Source: Lepidodermella squamata (taxonomy: Eukaryota; Animalia; Gastrotricha). From it: DNA of 64,000 nucleotides. A model generated the notes under the pieces. The model was not told the DNA's origin. It saw nothing but the letters and a program-made list of their open reading frames with translations, and did no database searches. Location: assembly GCA_047495785.1 (NCBI GenBank), contig JBLDXI010000002.1, positions 434,001 to 498,000 of the forward strand, written 5' to 3'. Positions 49,372 through 62,206 of this stretch are shown here, piece after piece. The stretch's first letter is position 1; each line of letters begins with the position of its first letter. Both the position numbers and the translations under genes were made by a program.

Positions 49372-50559
49372 ATGGATGAACATAGGTCGTGCCAGGTAAA
49401 GAGTGAAGCTTACAATTTTCCGCCTAATTTTGCATAGCAAATATTTTAGATTTGCCTCGCCCCGACGGATGGCGCAATTCGTTGCGGAGCCATCGCCTGC
49501 GAAGCTTGCAAGCGATTCTTTCTCCGACTACGCCGTATATCCCCGAATTCGATCAGACATGACGGATGCAACCTTAAGACATCAACTATCAGCCGAATTG
49601 GCTCTTATTACCGCAACAGCTGCCGGAAATGTCGCTACGATCGCTGCCTGGCTGTCGGCATGCACATGAACGCTCAAGAAGCTGGAAAACATTCGAATGC
49701 CGTAAAGTTCCCTTCCGAAAGCCCGATACACGTTCAGTCGACGGATGGGGCGAAATTCGAAGATTTTTCTCTGAGGCTCGTTAACTCAGCTCAAAATTTG
49801 AGGCACTGCATCGCCAATCTGCCGATGCGGCGGCCAAACTCTTCCACAGTCTTAGATGGGTCGGATTTTCAAAGAATGTGGATGGTTTGCATGGAACAGC
49901 AAAGACAAAAGACGCTTCATGTTCGCAATTTTGTCCGAGACATGCCCGGCTATTCGGATCTGACCGTGAAAGATCGATGTCTGATGTTTGCCAGTGTCAT
50001 CCCCAAGTTGACTCTGTTATGTACCTGCTGTGAGGGGATCGAAAGATCAACAGGATTTGCTGTCAATCCTCAAAACGCCCAAGTTTTCTTCAGAAACGTC
50101 CCTGAGCTAGCGGTATGGAAAAGCCCAATAGAAATGATAAATTTTAAACCTTAAATTTGAAGTATGTTTCAATTGAAGCGAAGCACATTGGTCGTATCAT
50201 CGACGCCTGGCGACCATCTGAAGCCGAAATCGCAATTTTAATGGCGGTACTGTTTTTCAGCCGTTAGTTTTGAATTGAACCTTTTTGGGTACTAACTCAA
50301 TTATGTGTTGACAGGATTTCCTTTCGATTCGACCGATAAGAGGCGTATGATAATAGAGCAGTTCATTTGCTTGGCCGTGAATGGGAGGGAAGAACGTCGA
50401 AATTGGCTTCTATGGTTGATCAAAGAATTCTCAGGCATCGAGGAGCGGAGGTATATTGCGATGGATGCTTTCTTCCAGCGATGCCCGCAGTTTTTGGCCT
50501 CAAGTAGCATTATTGTTGAATCCATGGAAACAACCTTGAGCACTAGTTCAACGCGATAG
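49372..50559 (+). CDS. Lineage-specific nuclear receptor, 343 aa; exons 49372-49395, 49450-50112, 50163-50262, 50315-50559
   Basis: DBD CEACKRFF ... RNSCRKCRYDRCLAVGM; LBD signature FVRDMPGYSDLTVKDRCLMF; AF-2-like IIVESM. Confidence 0.9.
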
Positions 50560-51068
50560 AGTTAGGAATAATGTTATTACTAGTTAATATCTGAAAATTA
50601 TTCAATAAATATTCCGATTCATATTTTTCCCGAATGTTTCCCGATTCAATGGCGTTGTAAAATAATGTTTTGAGCGATTTTGCGATATCGCAGCGCAGAG
50701 CTACGGCTCCTTTACAATTTTTCGCTCCAATTCCCAAGGCATCAACATCCGAATACAGAAAAACTGTCTCCAGACAGTTAATTATGGACAAAAGGAATTT
50801 TCATCGAACTAACAGGTTTTAGCTGAACAAATCTCGACTGATCGTAATTGAGACTGTCATTTCCTGATCGAATGAGCTAGGTTCGGTCATTCCTTGCTCT
50901 TTTAACTTTTTCAGGGCCTCACTGCTTCTATTTTTAATCAAATTTCCCTCAGAAATCACCAACTTGTCAAAAGCACTATCTATCACTAAACTTGAATCAT
51001 ACGAAAAAATTTGATAGGCAACACATTTTTTGAAAATTTCAGCAATAAAGATTTACTGTGGGGAAATA

Positions 51069-52212
51069 ATGTTGTGCACGGTAATAAAACTTTAGAGCTA
51101 TCATTTCAAATTCTATTGCCCTTTCCTTTTAATAAAGGTATGCTACACTAAAACAGACGGGAAGAAGCGATGCGGCGCCTTTGTATGCGAGGCCTGCAAA
51201 CGTTTCTTCCTGCGCCATCGATCGAGCCCTGCTGAGGTCGCGCACATGGGCTGTAATTATGGAAACTCAACCATAAGCAAGTCGGGCAAGCTTTACCGAA
51301 ACACGTGCCGCAGATGCCGATTCGAGCGTTGCATCGGCGTTGGGATGAATTTCCACGGCGATCATACGCCGTTGAATGTCGCGAACGTCGAAATTGGCAA
51401 AATCGAGCTCGATTCATTAGCATTGGCTAAAAACGCCGTGGTATTGAGAACCAGTGTATCCCAGTTACCGATGCGAAGGCGGCATGAACCGGTGATTTTC
51501 GATGAATCCGGTCTTCTCAGCATGTGGTCTGACGTTATGGATCACCTGGATAGGATTGTGGTACTACAACGCGATTTCGTTCGCAACTTGCCTGGATATA
51601 GAGACCTCAGCGTGGCGGATAGATGCAAGCTGTTTGCCTATGTTTTCCCCAAGTTGACTTTGATCAACACTTGCTGCGATGGGGTCGATCAGTCGGCGTG
51701 GTTCGCATCGCCTGAAAATGCGAAAATTTTCGTTCAAAAGATGTCAGAGCTATCGGTAATTTTTAGCCTTAATAATTAACTTTGATTTTTCTTGTCCCAC
51801 TTTAGTACGCTAATGTCGAGGCGAAGTATTTTGGCCGAATTTTCGAGACTTGGAAGCCGTCAGATCTCGAAATAGCTGTTTTGATGGCTGTACTATTTTA
51901 CAGTGGTATGTTTCTAGAAAGAAATCCATCTTAACTGTTTTATTGATTGAAATTCAAGGTTTACCAGCAAACCAGTTGGAAAAGCCCGAGGCCATTGAGT
52001 TGGCGATGAAGCAAATTGAACGGCTCTTTTTCGCTGCGACCAGAGGAGATGAAGGCCGCAGACAATGGCTGGCCTATGTTGTTCGCGAATTCACTGGGGT
52101 TGAGCTACGCCGGTACACTGCCCTGAATGAGTTGCTTCAAAGATATCCTGAAATCGTTCCGTATAGCCGCATCATCGTTGAATCAATAGACACTACTTTG
52201 AATGGAATGTGA
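51069..52212 (+). CDS. Lineage-specific nuclear receptor, ~327 aa; exons 51069-51080, 51138-51755, 51806-51905, 51959-52212
   Basis: CT|VC...CEACKRFF, RNTCRRCRFERCIGVGM, FVRNLPGYRDLSVADRCKLF and IIVESI. The start codon is uncertain. Confidence 0.88.
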
Positions 52213-53012
52213 TTCGAAATTGATAGCTGATCATTATTACGGCATTTTAGTAAATGAGCGCTGTATGATTTTAATAGGCTTCTTCGGAAAAGTAAAGGTC
52301 TGACCTGTGTGAAATTGATTTGTCCATTTTCAAGCCTTGCAAAATAGGTTATTGTTAAGTGGGTTAATCTTTTGTAGTTTCCGATCTTCCATCTTCCATG
52401 TGCTCAAAGAAGCCCATATCTCTGAATATCTAAGTATTTCTCAGAATTCGTGGTTATTTGAACTGGAATATCAGACCGGATTTATGATATAGAGGATACT
52501 TCTCTAAAATATGACCAAAATCTGCCATTTATTGGCAAAACTAGCTCTATCTATAGCCGCCTTAAACTTGATGGTTTCCTTAAGGATTATATAAAGATAG
52601 GGCTAATGTATATATAATGATGGGGGACTCAATTGATTGTTCAGATGTTCATCCCGAGGTTCAACAACATTTCAATTATGGACAATTTTCGAGAATAGGT
52701 GATGACGTCTGGTTTACAACAAACATGACCGATTTTCCTCGTGAATCGGAGAAATTCTGTCGACGGCGCTATCACGTCAAGATAATCTAATTTAAGATCT
52801 TCACCCTTGAAACCAAGTGCACTGCAAACTTATCATCCTACTATTAGTTCAGTTATAGCTACGTGTCATGTTGTCACCGCAGAAATGTCCAACTTAACGA
52901 GAACAGATTCGAATGACTAGACTAGGCTGGCAGGTAAATCGATACACAGGCTAAGGGCCGTGTTCTAATTTTTACATTGCTAAACATTTGCATCTTATTA
53001 GTAAAAGCAGCG

Positions 53013-54313
53013 ATGGACAAAGCAGCAATCGATTCAGAAAACAAGCCCCAATGCCCGGTTTGTCATTTTCCTCCAAGAATATCACGTTTGAACATCCTGT
53101 TTGTCCCAGGTATGCCAGGCCGCTACCGACGGCAAGAAAAGGTGTGGTGCCTTAGTATGTGAGGCATGCAAACGATTCTTTCTTAGAATGCGAGCTTTCC
53201 CTGATGGTATCCGCCACACCTATTGCAACGAATCACGGGCTAACGTTAGCAAAACAGGTGCTCATTTTCGCAACACCTGCAAAAAATGTCGTTTCGACAT
53301 GTGCGTCGAAGTCGGAATGCACCAACAAGACCGAAAAGAACGAAAATTAGCGAAAATGAAGGCGGCTAAGCTGGCTGAAGCTCCTCCTGTTAGCCAAATT
53401 CCATTGGCAGAGCCAGCGAAGCTTGAGTCGATTCAGAATATATTAGTAACCCGAGCTATCCATCTGAGGCACCAAATCAACATACAACCATACAGAAGGC
53501 GAGATTCTCCTATGAATCTCGACATTAATATCGATACTGCTCTAATGTGGAATATGAGTATGGAACATACTGCCGTGGTCGCTGTTTTCCAGAGAGAATT
53601 TCTCAGCAGTTTGCCTGGGTTCAGAGACCTAACCGTGTCGGATCGGTGCAAGTTGTTCTCGAACTCCTACTCTAAAATATCGCTGGTGAACACGTGCTGT
53701 GAGGGCGAGGAACTTGCAGCTGGATTCAGTGGTTCTAAAAAAAACTGTGAGATCTATACCATAAAGTTACCGGAACTTTCGGTGAGTCATAATAAATTCA
53801 GGGGAAAAAGTTTATTTTTCTGTATTTTATAGTACGCTCTTTTGGAAGCGAATCACCTCGGCCGGGTATTCGATGCTTGGAGGCCGTCTGATATTGAACT
53901 CGCAGTTTTAATGGCTTTGCTGTTTTTAACTGGTATAATTTACGAATTTTAACCTATTTGAAGCTTCTTATCCATTTTCAATCTTTGAAGGTCTACCTGC
54001 AGATGCTATGGAAAAGCCATCCGCTAGAGATGCGGCTGTGAAGCATATCAAAAATCTTCATTGCTGCGCGACTGGTGGTAAGGAAGACCGGAAAGCTTGG
54101 CTTTATTACACGATGGAACAGTTCGCTGAGGTCGGAACCCGGCGATCTGTCGCCTTTCAAAAAGTACTACAGCGCTGCCCGGAATTCTTACCATCGAGTC
54201 GAATCCTTGTAGAGATGGCCGATACTGTTCTGAGGGGATCCTTACCCACAGACGTTGATAAAAACGCCGCTGCTGATGATGAAGATTCTATATTTTCCTG
54301 GGACTCACTATAA
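53013..54313 (+). CDS. Lineage-specific nuclear receptor, 379 aa; exons 53013-53057, 53110-53781, 53833-53932, 53991-54313
   Basis: CP|VC...CEACKRFF, RNTCKKCRFDMC, FLSSLPGFRDLTVSDRCKLF and ILVEMA. The 100-nt third exon is conserved across paralogs. Confidence 0.92.
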
Positions 54314-54679
54314 CATCCATGGGGGAATGAGCTTTTAGTTTTGGTTTAAGCCTCCTACTTCCCATTTTCGAAATTAATTTGTCGAAAATCACCCAGAAGA
54401 ATTTGTGGATTTAATTGCTGATAGTAGGTACTGATGTAACATAGTTGCTCTCACTCCTCAGTCCTTAGAAGATAGGGACATTTCCTCGGGGACTATTATG
54501 TCGTTTTTCTTGCGAACGACAGATGGCTAAAACTATGTATGAAGATTTACTGGGAAAGTCTGACTTGCACTTTTCCTACATTAGCTTTTACTGTTGGACA
54601 CGATGTCTGAAATTCATTGCTTAGGAATGTTGTTTTTAGAAATAAATATTTCAATTCTTTCCGCATTTTTCCACATTTT

Positions 54680-57049
54680 TCAAAGGTTGGCAGTAGATGC
54701 AGTTCTTGGCTTTTTCTGCCCCAGGAATCCAGGGTAGATCCAAAACGCTGAGATGATTGCTGAAACGATGATGATAACAAACGCAAGAGCTTCCTGCAGT
54801 TTAATCGCGTCAGACTGCACAGTTATGGCGATTAAAATTGAAGCTGGCAATAGCGTACCCCCAGCGATAACCGCGAGACAGCATGGTACAAACTCATGAC
54901 AACTGGCAGGTATACCCTTTATCTGTCTCAGGCGGAATGCATATAGCGAGGCAATTGCTATCAGTAGGAATTCAATAACTGCAACAACTCCGAGTAAAGG
55001 CCATCCAATCATCGCACACTGGACTAGCCAAACTTCAATCATAGCGTCCAAGGTTTCATCGTACATCGGCTCAGACGCTAGCTTATAGGCGCAGATCATT
55101 CCATTGCTAACTGCCCAGCCTATTAAGATGCCAAGATTGACTAAAGTGATCGAAATCGCTCCTATACTCGTCTGCTTATCAAACGTTCTCCAAATCCGAC
55201 TCGGGAAAGACAGAACCCACTTTTGATACATGTTATAGCCTGTTGATGAGCTATTCTTGTGCAATTCGCCTGAATTTGCAAAAGGGCTCGCACTTTGAAT
55301 CCCCAGCGAATGTTCAAGGATTGCTTTTTGAACAAAGAAGTTGATGCAGATTAACCGAGTGGCTATCAAGCTCCAGACAATAGAGAGTCCGATGCCGAGC
55401 AGGAAAAAGCAAGCTGTAGCTAGGCCTGCGCTCTCCAACCCCCTATCAATAGTAAAAGCCCCTGATGACGAATTAAGGATCAAACAGCCGAATAGGCCGA
55501 AAATTTTGGAAAATCTGAAGTAAACCTTTCTCGGCTTATTCAAAGCGATTGCAATTATAGAACTTGCTTGAATGATCGTAATAACGATAATCAGAAACCA
55601 GCATACACCGAGGGAGGTCGTCGAAACGTGTTTTACATTTCTGAGAACAAGGTGTCGATCTCGGGGAGGAGCTCCAAGAGGCCATGTTATAGGACGGAGA
55701 ATTTGCAAGTCGTAACTATTGAGCGAAAACTCGGAAAGGGACCTGTCCAGCTTTTGACGGATTTGAAGCAAGTCTTTGATCCCATCAGGTGTCCATTGAG
55801 TTGCAGTTTGTATGTCTCCCATGGGTGAGCCAGAGGAGCTGTAGGCCGACCTTCCAATCCTCATTCCGATGAACTCGGATGATAGAACAGATTCATTCGC
55901 AATTTTAGCGACTAGTGAAGGGTTGGAGTGATAGTCGCGAAGGGTCAAGTTATACTCAGACTTCAGACGCAGCTCAGTGTTGTGAAGGGCGAAGAAGGCT
56001 GTTAAAAACGCGTCGTAAACCACGTAAGCAGTGATGAGAGCTGAATCTGCAGTAGCAGGGGTTGCGTTTATTCCCTTGATTATGTAAGCGTCATAATCAG
56101 CCGCATTGTCTCCGAACGAGGTCAATCGACTGTAGTTATCAGGCCTGCCAATGTAGCCGAAGAAATACGTCTGCCTTATCTGGGCTAACAACTCCTGTTG
56201 CGAGCAATTCACGGCCATAGTGTTGTCGACGCCGAGCGCAGTTAACAAAGTGGCGAAAACGTAACGAGGCCCTCGCATTCCTTGTTTGTATGCGAAGCAC
56301 AGGAAGCGGACCACATGGTAGTTACTTGATATAGCCAACACAATCACCCTAGCTCCTGAATTTCTAACAACAGCCACGTCTTCAGGGGTTACGCTCGCAA
56401 TGGTCACATTACCGAAAAACCCGTGAAATACCGCAATTTCAAAGCCATTTGCAACAGCCTGGTCATGAAGCAACATCGCAGTTCCATAGTCATTCACGTT
56501 GCCCATGAATGTTGAGAGCGCAATTCTGTTCCACTTCCCGATATCCCTAATAAACTTCAAAATAGTGATCGCCGTGGTTTTGACGGTAGGTAGCCGCAGG
56601 TAGAAATTAGGGTATAAATAGTGATCCGCGAGGAACGGGGCCGCGCATACCGTACTTATACCGACTTGGTCGATGTACCCGACAAAGCGACCCAGAGCTC
56701 GACATCCAGCGGATATAGCCGGGCCAATAAGGATGGGAGATTGGTAACCGTTCCGCCCTGTTCCGTCGAATTGCCGGCCGAAGAGAACGGCCTCCTTTGG
56801 AGCGTTAAAGCCGAGAAATTCTTCGCGTGGGACGATTTCGATATGATAGTCCGGCAGAATGTCGCTTTGATTGTTAACGCGATCAACGGCGAGTTGAACT
56901 GTTAGAAAAGACGCGGCTAATCGCTTTGCCTCGATTTCCACTACCGGATTGAGGTATAGGACTTTCAAGCGATACGGCTTGGTTTGAGAGTGAACAGCTA
57001 AAGCCATTAATAATATGGCGAGCGAGACGAATTTCAGCCTGGCCAGCAT
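54680..57049 (-). CDS. Intronless class C GPCR, GABA-B-receptor-like, 789 aa
   Basis: Signal peptide; Venus-flytrap motifs (LAVDRVN...DILPDY, LIGP..S..C, YPNF, W.RIA, ARVIV, CFAYKQGMRGPRYVF); W....PP.D linker with no cysteine-rich domain; seven TM helices. Confidence 0.9.
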   Translation of the reverse strand: MLARLKFVSLAILLMALAVHSQTKPYRLKVLYLNPVVEIEAKRLAASFLTVQLAVDRVNNQSDILPDYHIEIVPREEFLGFNAPKEAVLFGRQFDGTGRNGYQSPILIGPAISAGCRALGRFVGYIDQVGISTVCAAPFLADHYLYPNFYLRLPTVKTTAITILKFIRDIGKWNRIALSTFMGNVNDYGTAMLLHDQAVANGFEIAVFHGFFGNVTIASVTPEDVAVVRNSGARVIVLAISSNYHVVRFLCFAYKQGMRGPRYVFATLLTALGVDNTMAVNCSQQELLAQIRQTYFFGYIGRPDNYSRLTSFGDNAADYDAYIIKGINATPATADSALITAYVVYDAFLTAFFALHNTELRLKSEYNLTLRDYHSNPSLVAKIANESVLSSEFIGMRIGRSAYSSSGSPMGDIQTATQWTPDGIKDLLQIRQKLDRSLSEFSLNSYDLQILRPITWPLGAPPRDRHLVLRNVKHVSTTSLGVCWFLIIVITIIQASSIIAIALNKPRKVYFRFSKIFGLFGCLILNSSSGAFTIDRGLESAGLATACFFLLGIGLSIVWSLIATRLICINFFVQKAILEHSLGIQSASPFANSGELHKNSSSTGYNMYQKWVLSFPSRIWRTFDKQTSIGAISITLVNLGILIGWAVSNGMICAYKLASEPMYDETLDAMIEVWLVQCAMIGWPLLGVVAVIEFLLIAIASLYAFRLRQIKGIPASCHEFVPCCLAVIAGGTLLPASILIAITVQSDAIKLQEALAFVIIIVSAIISAFWIYPGFLGQKKPRTASTANL

Positions 57050-58650
57050 TCACTTTTGTTTATTCTTCCTTCTCAGAAAAATATAGATCTGGTTAAACCT
57101 GATTGGCAAACTGTTATCTTCAGGGCGGGCTGAGCCACTTTAATTTGTCAAAAATTTTGAAGCAGGACTTCCGACTTTTCGGTAATATGAACTGTCCGGA
57201 ATAGCATTAGAAGCCAAGGAAGTCAGCTCCGATATAGGCCATTTATCACCACCCACTCTATGCAATCTTAAAAAAGAAGGCGTGCAGGTAATATTGTAAC
57301 TCGAAACATTTTGACGAGAAGTTTCTAGTGTTCCAGGCACGACTATAGTAAAATGTAATTTAATATGCTGCGTTGGTGCATTGAAGGATTTGTAGGCTCA
57401 GGTTTGAGATTCCGATGAACTGTTTGGGATGATGGACTGGTGGTCTAAAAAGACGGAATTTGGGGTCTGAGTCCAGAGTTCAGTAAAGGTCATAATTTTT
57501 ATAAATCTGGCTGACTAGAGGCACCTCTAACAATTCTGAATTCGCACGTGATATTCCATAATCCAAGCGCAGCCTCAAACCGATATAAAATAATCCGGAC
57601 ATTTACTACGTCGCACTATTCCAAGGATTTCTTCGCAGACCAATTCTTCACCTCATTCCACTCCAAAAATTGTCAGTAATATACGAGATACCTGGCTTAT
57701 GTTTTTTTGCTCCTCGGAAAAATTAATGCATATCTGGTCAAATGTCATTGACGATGCCATGGTCATGGTGTCAAATTAATACCTTGAGCCCACGGCTTCA
57801 TATTACACGTAAACATCTATGAAGCTTGCCAACATGCGATTTCCGACAGGTGGGAAATGTGAACTTATACGCAATTATGCGCATCCATCACACAATCTTA
57901 GGGAGATAATTAAGTTTTGCTGAATCCTAAAGTGAATTTTCAAGTGCGAGCGCGACATATAAACAGCTGAATACGCCAGGCCGACGGTGGACGTTTAGTT
58001 AAATTTTGTTCATTTTCCAAATTTGGCTCGCTAGATAAAGTGCGGACTCTGCTGAATTGCCTTTCAATGAAGTCGCTTTAAAAATCCGGTCTGAAAGCTC
58101 GTCATTTACGGTTTTTATTTTTGCCCTATATATCAACATGAGCAATGAGAAATCGATGGCGTGAAGAGTTTAGAAGCTTGACCCAAGTGCTTGTTACACC
58201 TAGACGGTAACAGAGTTTGACTGCTGCACGTTTGAGAGGGCCATTGAAGCATCAATTATTTCTGGATTTAATCGAATCTAGCCACAGAGATCTGAAAAAT
58301 CTGAAAGATCATGTGAATTGTCGGCATTAAGCCCCACGTGAAGCTGCGGAGTTTTATACATTTGGACAACCATCATCCTTTCCTCATAGTTTATAAAAGG
58401 CTTGAAAGACTTTTCTCGTGTGGAGAATTTCTATGGCGTTATCACTAAAATAATTTAATTAAAGATCTTCACCTTTGTGGTGCACTACATTTAAAACACA
58501 TTATTCCTGTGAAAGTTCAGTTACCTGGGCGTTATGACAAATCTACTGGGAACATTGTGACTAAGCTGGCGGATCGATACTTAAAGCTAGCCAGAAAATT
58601 TGAAGTACAATAATGCCATTTCAATTCTCTCATTCCTAATTTCATCAGCC

Positions 58651-59965
58651 ATGGATAAAGCCGTAGTCGATTTAGGAAGCAGGTTTCTATGCCCGGTTTG
58701 TGGTTTTTTACCCAAATTTGTGGAAGCTGATTTTGGAAACCCTGTTTTTCCCAGGTATGCCAAACCGCTACCGATGGCAAGAAGAGGTGTGGCGCCTTGG
58801 TATGTGAGGCATGCAAAAGATTCTTTCTGAGACAACGAGCCTCCCCCGATGGAGTTCGCCACGCCCACTGCAATGAATCACGGGCCTATGTCAACAAATC
58901 GGGCGCACATTTACGTAACACCTGCAAAAAATGTCGATTAGATATGTGCATCGAGGAAGGTATGCATCAGCAAGACCGGAAGGAACGAAAATTAGCGAAG
59001 CTTAAGGCGGCTAAGCCAGCGGATGCTCCGATCAGCCAAATTCCACTGGAAGAGCCAGCGAAGCTTGAGTCGATTCAGAATCTTTTAGTTTCCAGTGCTA
59101 TCCATCTAAGGCATCAAATCAACAGCCATCCGTATCGACGAAGGGATTCGCCACTAATTATCGACAGCGATATCGACGTTGCTATACTGTGGACAATGAG
59201 CATGGAACATACCTTCGTTGTCGCTGTTTTCCAGCGCAAATTTCTCAGCAGTTTGCCAGGGTTCAGAGACCTAACCGTGTCGGATCGATGCAAGTTATTC
59301 TCGAACTCCTACTCTAAAATCTCGCTGGTGAACACGTGCTGCGAGAGCGAAGAGCTGGCAGCTGGATTTACTGCTTCCAAGATCAATGCTGAGCTCTATA
59401 CCAAGAAGATACCTGAAATTTCTGTGAGTCTTTGCTACTTTTCAATTTTGTTATGTATTTTGTTGTACTTGAAAGTACGGTCTTTCTGAAGCTAATCATC
59501 TCGGCCGAGTATTTGCTGCTTGGAAGCCGTCTGATATTGAACTCGCAGTGCTGATGGCCCTTTTGTTTCTAACGGGTAATTACATATGCCGAACTTGATG
59601 ATGCAATTTCAATCCATTCCTTCTTAGGTCTACCTGCAGAAGCTCTGGAAAATCCACCCGCCAGAGATAAGGCTTTCAAGTATATCAAAAATCTTCATTG
59701 CTGCGCGACTGGAGGCAGCGAGGAGCGAAATGCTTGGCTTTACTACACCATACAACAGTTCGCCGAGGTTGGCACCCGGCGATCCGTTGCGTTTCAAAAG
59801 GTACTACAGCGCTGTCCGGAATTCATTCCGTCGAGTCGAATCCTCGTTGAAATGGCTGATACTGTTCTGAGGGGATCCCTACCTACAGACGCTGATAAAA
59901 ACGCCGCTGCTGATGATGAAGATTCTATATTTACCTGGGACTCGCTGGGATGTGAGCTGGCATAA
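58651..59965 (+). CDS. Lineage-specific nuclear receptor, 383 aa (close paralog of the 53013 gene); exons 58651-58695, 58755-59423, 59476-59575, 59628-59965
   Basis: Colinear and highly similar to 53013-54313, with the same intron positions. Confidence 0.92.
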
Positions 59966-61241
59966 ATCGCCATATATATTCTGTTGTTTATTAAGCATGT
60001 TGTTGTTTATCATCGCTGGTTTTTTCAGTTATTTGATATTTTCACTGATCAGTTATTCAAGAAATTGTTTCAGGATTTCTACCGTCGTGTTGTTCTATTT
60101 GACGAATCGCGCGATAGACAAACTGCGTTATACTGCGCGGCTCTCTGGTCTCAATAAGAACTGAATACAGGGTTTAAAGATTTGGTGAGCGGACAAACAT
60201 CAGCGACTTTTCGAATTCTGAGATGTTTGAGAGCCTTGTGATGGCCGCGGTAACATCGAAAAGTCACCACAAAATCTGTTCACCCGCTGAACAAATCTTA
60301 TAATACGGTACATCTTCAGCTTTATTCAGTTTTTATTGACACAAGAGAGACACGCAGTATGTCTAATGTTGGTATGTGAAAGTGATTGCCAAGATTAGAG
60401 GAAATGGTGAAATCATTCTTCAGCAAAGTGATAATTTAAAATTTAAACAACTTGATCGCAAAGTTGTGAAGGCATATGAGGAAGTGGACGCCATAATTAG
60501 ACGTCATAATTGCTGATTTCGAAAAAAGCCTGTTTCAAAAATGTACTTTATGCCTTTATCAATAATTTCTCACGCTTTTATTTCTGATGTTATTTTCATA
60601 TTCTTGAGATAATTCTGAGCTGAGAAATCTTGCTGGGTGTTCAAGAATGTTCATGGGTAGGAAATAGCTGGGTAGGAACATATAGGAATCCAAGATTCGT
60701 CCCTCTTCAAATCAAGACATGCATTCGTTGAATTTTTATCGGTTAGCCTCAATTCGCACCCTGCCCCCAATTCAGATAATGAACTGTTTCATTTTTTTCA
60801 TTGGGGAAGTAGATTCGATTTGCATAAGATGTAACGTGCATTCATGATCCATTAAAATCCCATCTCACTTCAGACTTTTCCATCACGGTTACGAAATCGC
60901 ATCTCTCACCCTTGAAGTCTAGTCATTTTCAATCAATATTAATCATTAAGATTATATCTCGCTTAACAAGATTTTCTCATTCTCAGCATTTTATCCTGCA
61001 GGATGCATCAGAAAACTTCGCGTCGCGTAACGACCTATTACGCATGAGTTACGAGGTAAGGTTGATTCAAATGTCGAAAGCGGGAACTTGAGCTCTAAAT
61101 ATTGATAAACTGCGACAACCATCAAGCATCCGGACAGGTGATCTAGAAAGACACTTGATTACGACTTCCCCGATACATTACTTACTTTGTCGAGCTTCAA
61201 ACTCACAGAATTCTAACCGGAACTCAGTAACCTACGGCAGA

Positions 61242-62206
61242 ATGAGTCAGTCAATTTGTCCGGTATGTTAAAAATCCTTTCCATATCTAACGCTTGCGTT
61301 ATTTTCTCGCGATTTTTAAAGGTATGCGCAACTTTCACCGATGGTAGAACACGATGTGGCGCTTTGGTTTGTGAGGCCTGCAAAAGATTTTTCCTAAGAT
61401 TAAGAGCTTCCCCGGAAAGCATCGAACACATCGAATGCCGAAAATCGCGGGGAAGTCTCGGCAAAAATAGTGCAATGTTTCGCAATTCCTGCCGAAAATG
61501 CCGGTTCGAACGCTGCATCAAAGTTGGAATGTACTTGCAACTTACTTACTTTATCGGACCGCTGCAAGTTGTTCTCCAATGCGTACTCAAAACTTGCTTC
61601 CGTCAACACGTGCTGTGAGGGAGTTAGTTACGCTGCGGGTTTCAGTGCATCCCGAGAGAATTCGCAGATTTTTATAGCCAAAATTCCAGAAGCTGCGGTA
61701 AGGAGAAGTCTGTTAAGCTATGAGCATTATGATCACAAGTATTATTTCTTTCCAGTACGCATTGCTTGAGGCAGATCATCTTGGTCGCATTTTCGAAGCC
61801 TGGAATCCGTCGGATTTCGAAATAGCAATTTTGATTGCTACGCTCTTCTATACAAGTTAGTTTCAGCCTGTCCTGCTCTTTTCTATCTGTCTAAAAATGT
61901 TCTCCAGGTCTGCCTGGTTATGCAATGGAGAATCCCAGTGCTCGAGATCGCGCGTTACAAGAAGTCGAAAGTCTTCATTTCTGCGCGACTGGCGGCAGCG
62001 AGGATCGAAAAGCTTGGATGCATTACGTGATGGGTGAACTTTCTGAAGTTGGCATTAGGCGGACTTATGCTTTTCGACAAGCGCTACAGCGATGCCCAGA
62101 ATTCATACCAGCGAGTCGGGTAATGATTGAAATGCACAGCTCAGTTTTGGAAGAACCGTCACAACCTGAACTTTACCTTCCAATAACAGACGAGGATTCA
62201 CTGTAG
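61242..62206 (+). pseudogene. Nuclear receptor with internal deletion and frameshift (DBD frame ends at 61618); exons 61242-61262, 61322-61697, 61756-61855, 61908-62206
   Basis: After KVGM the sequence jumps out of frame to LTLSDRCKLF. About 290 nt present in the 53013 paralog are missing at ~61540. Confidence 0.8.
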
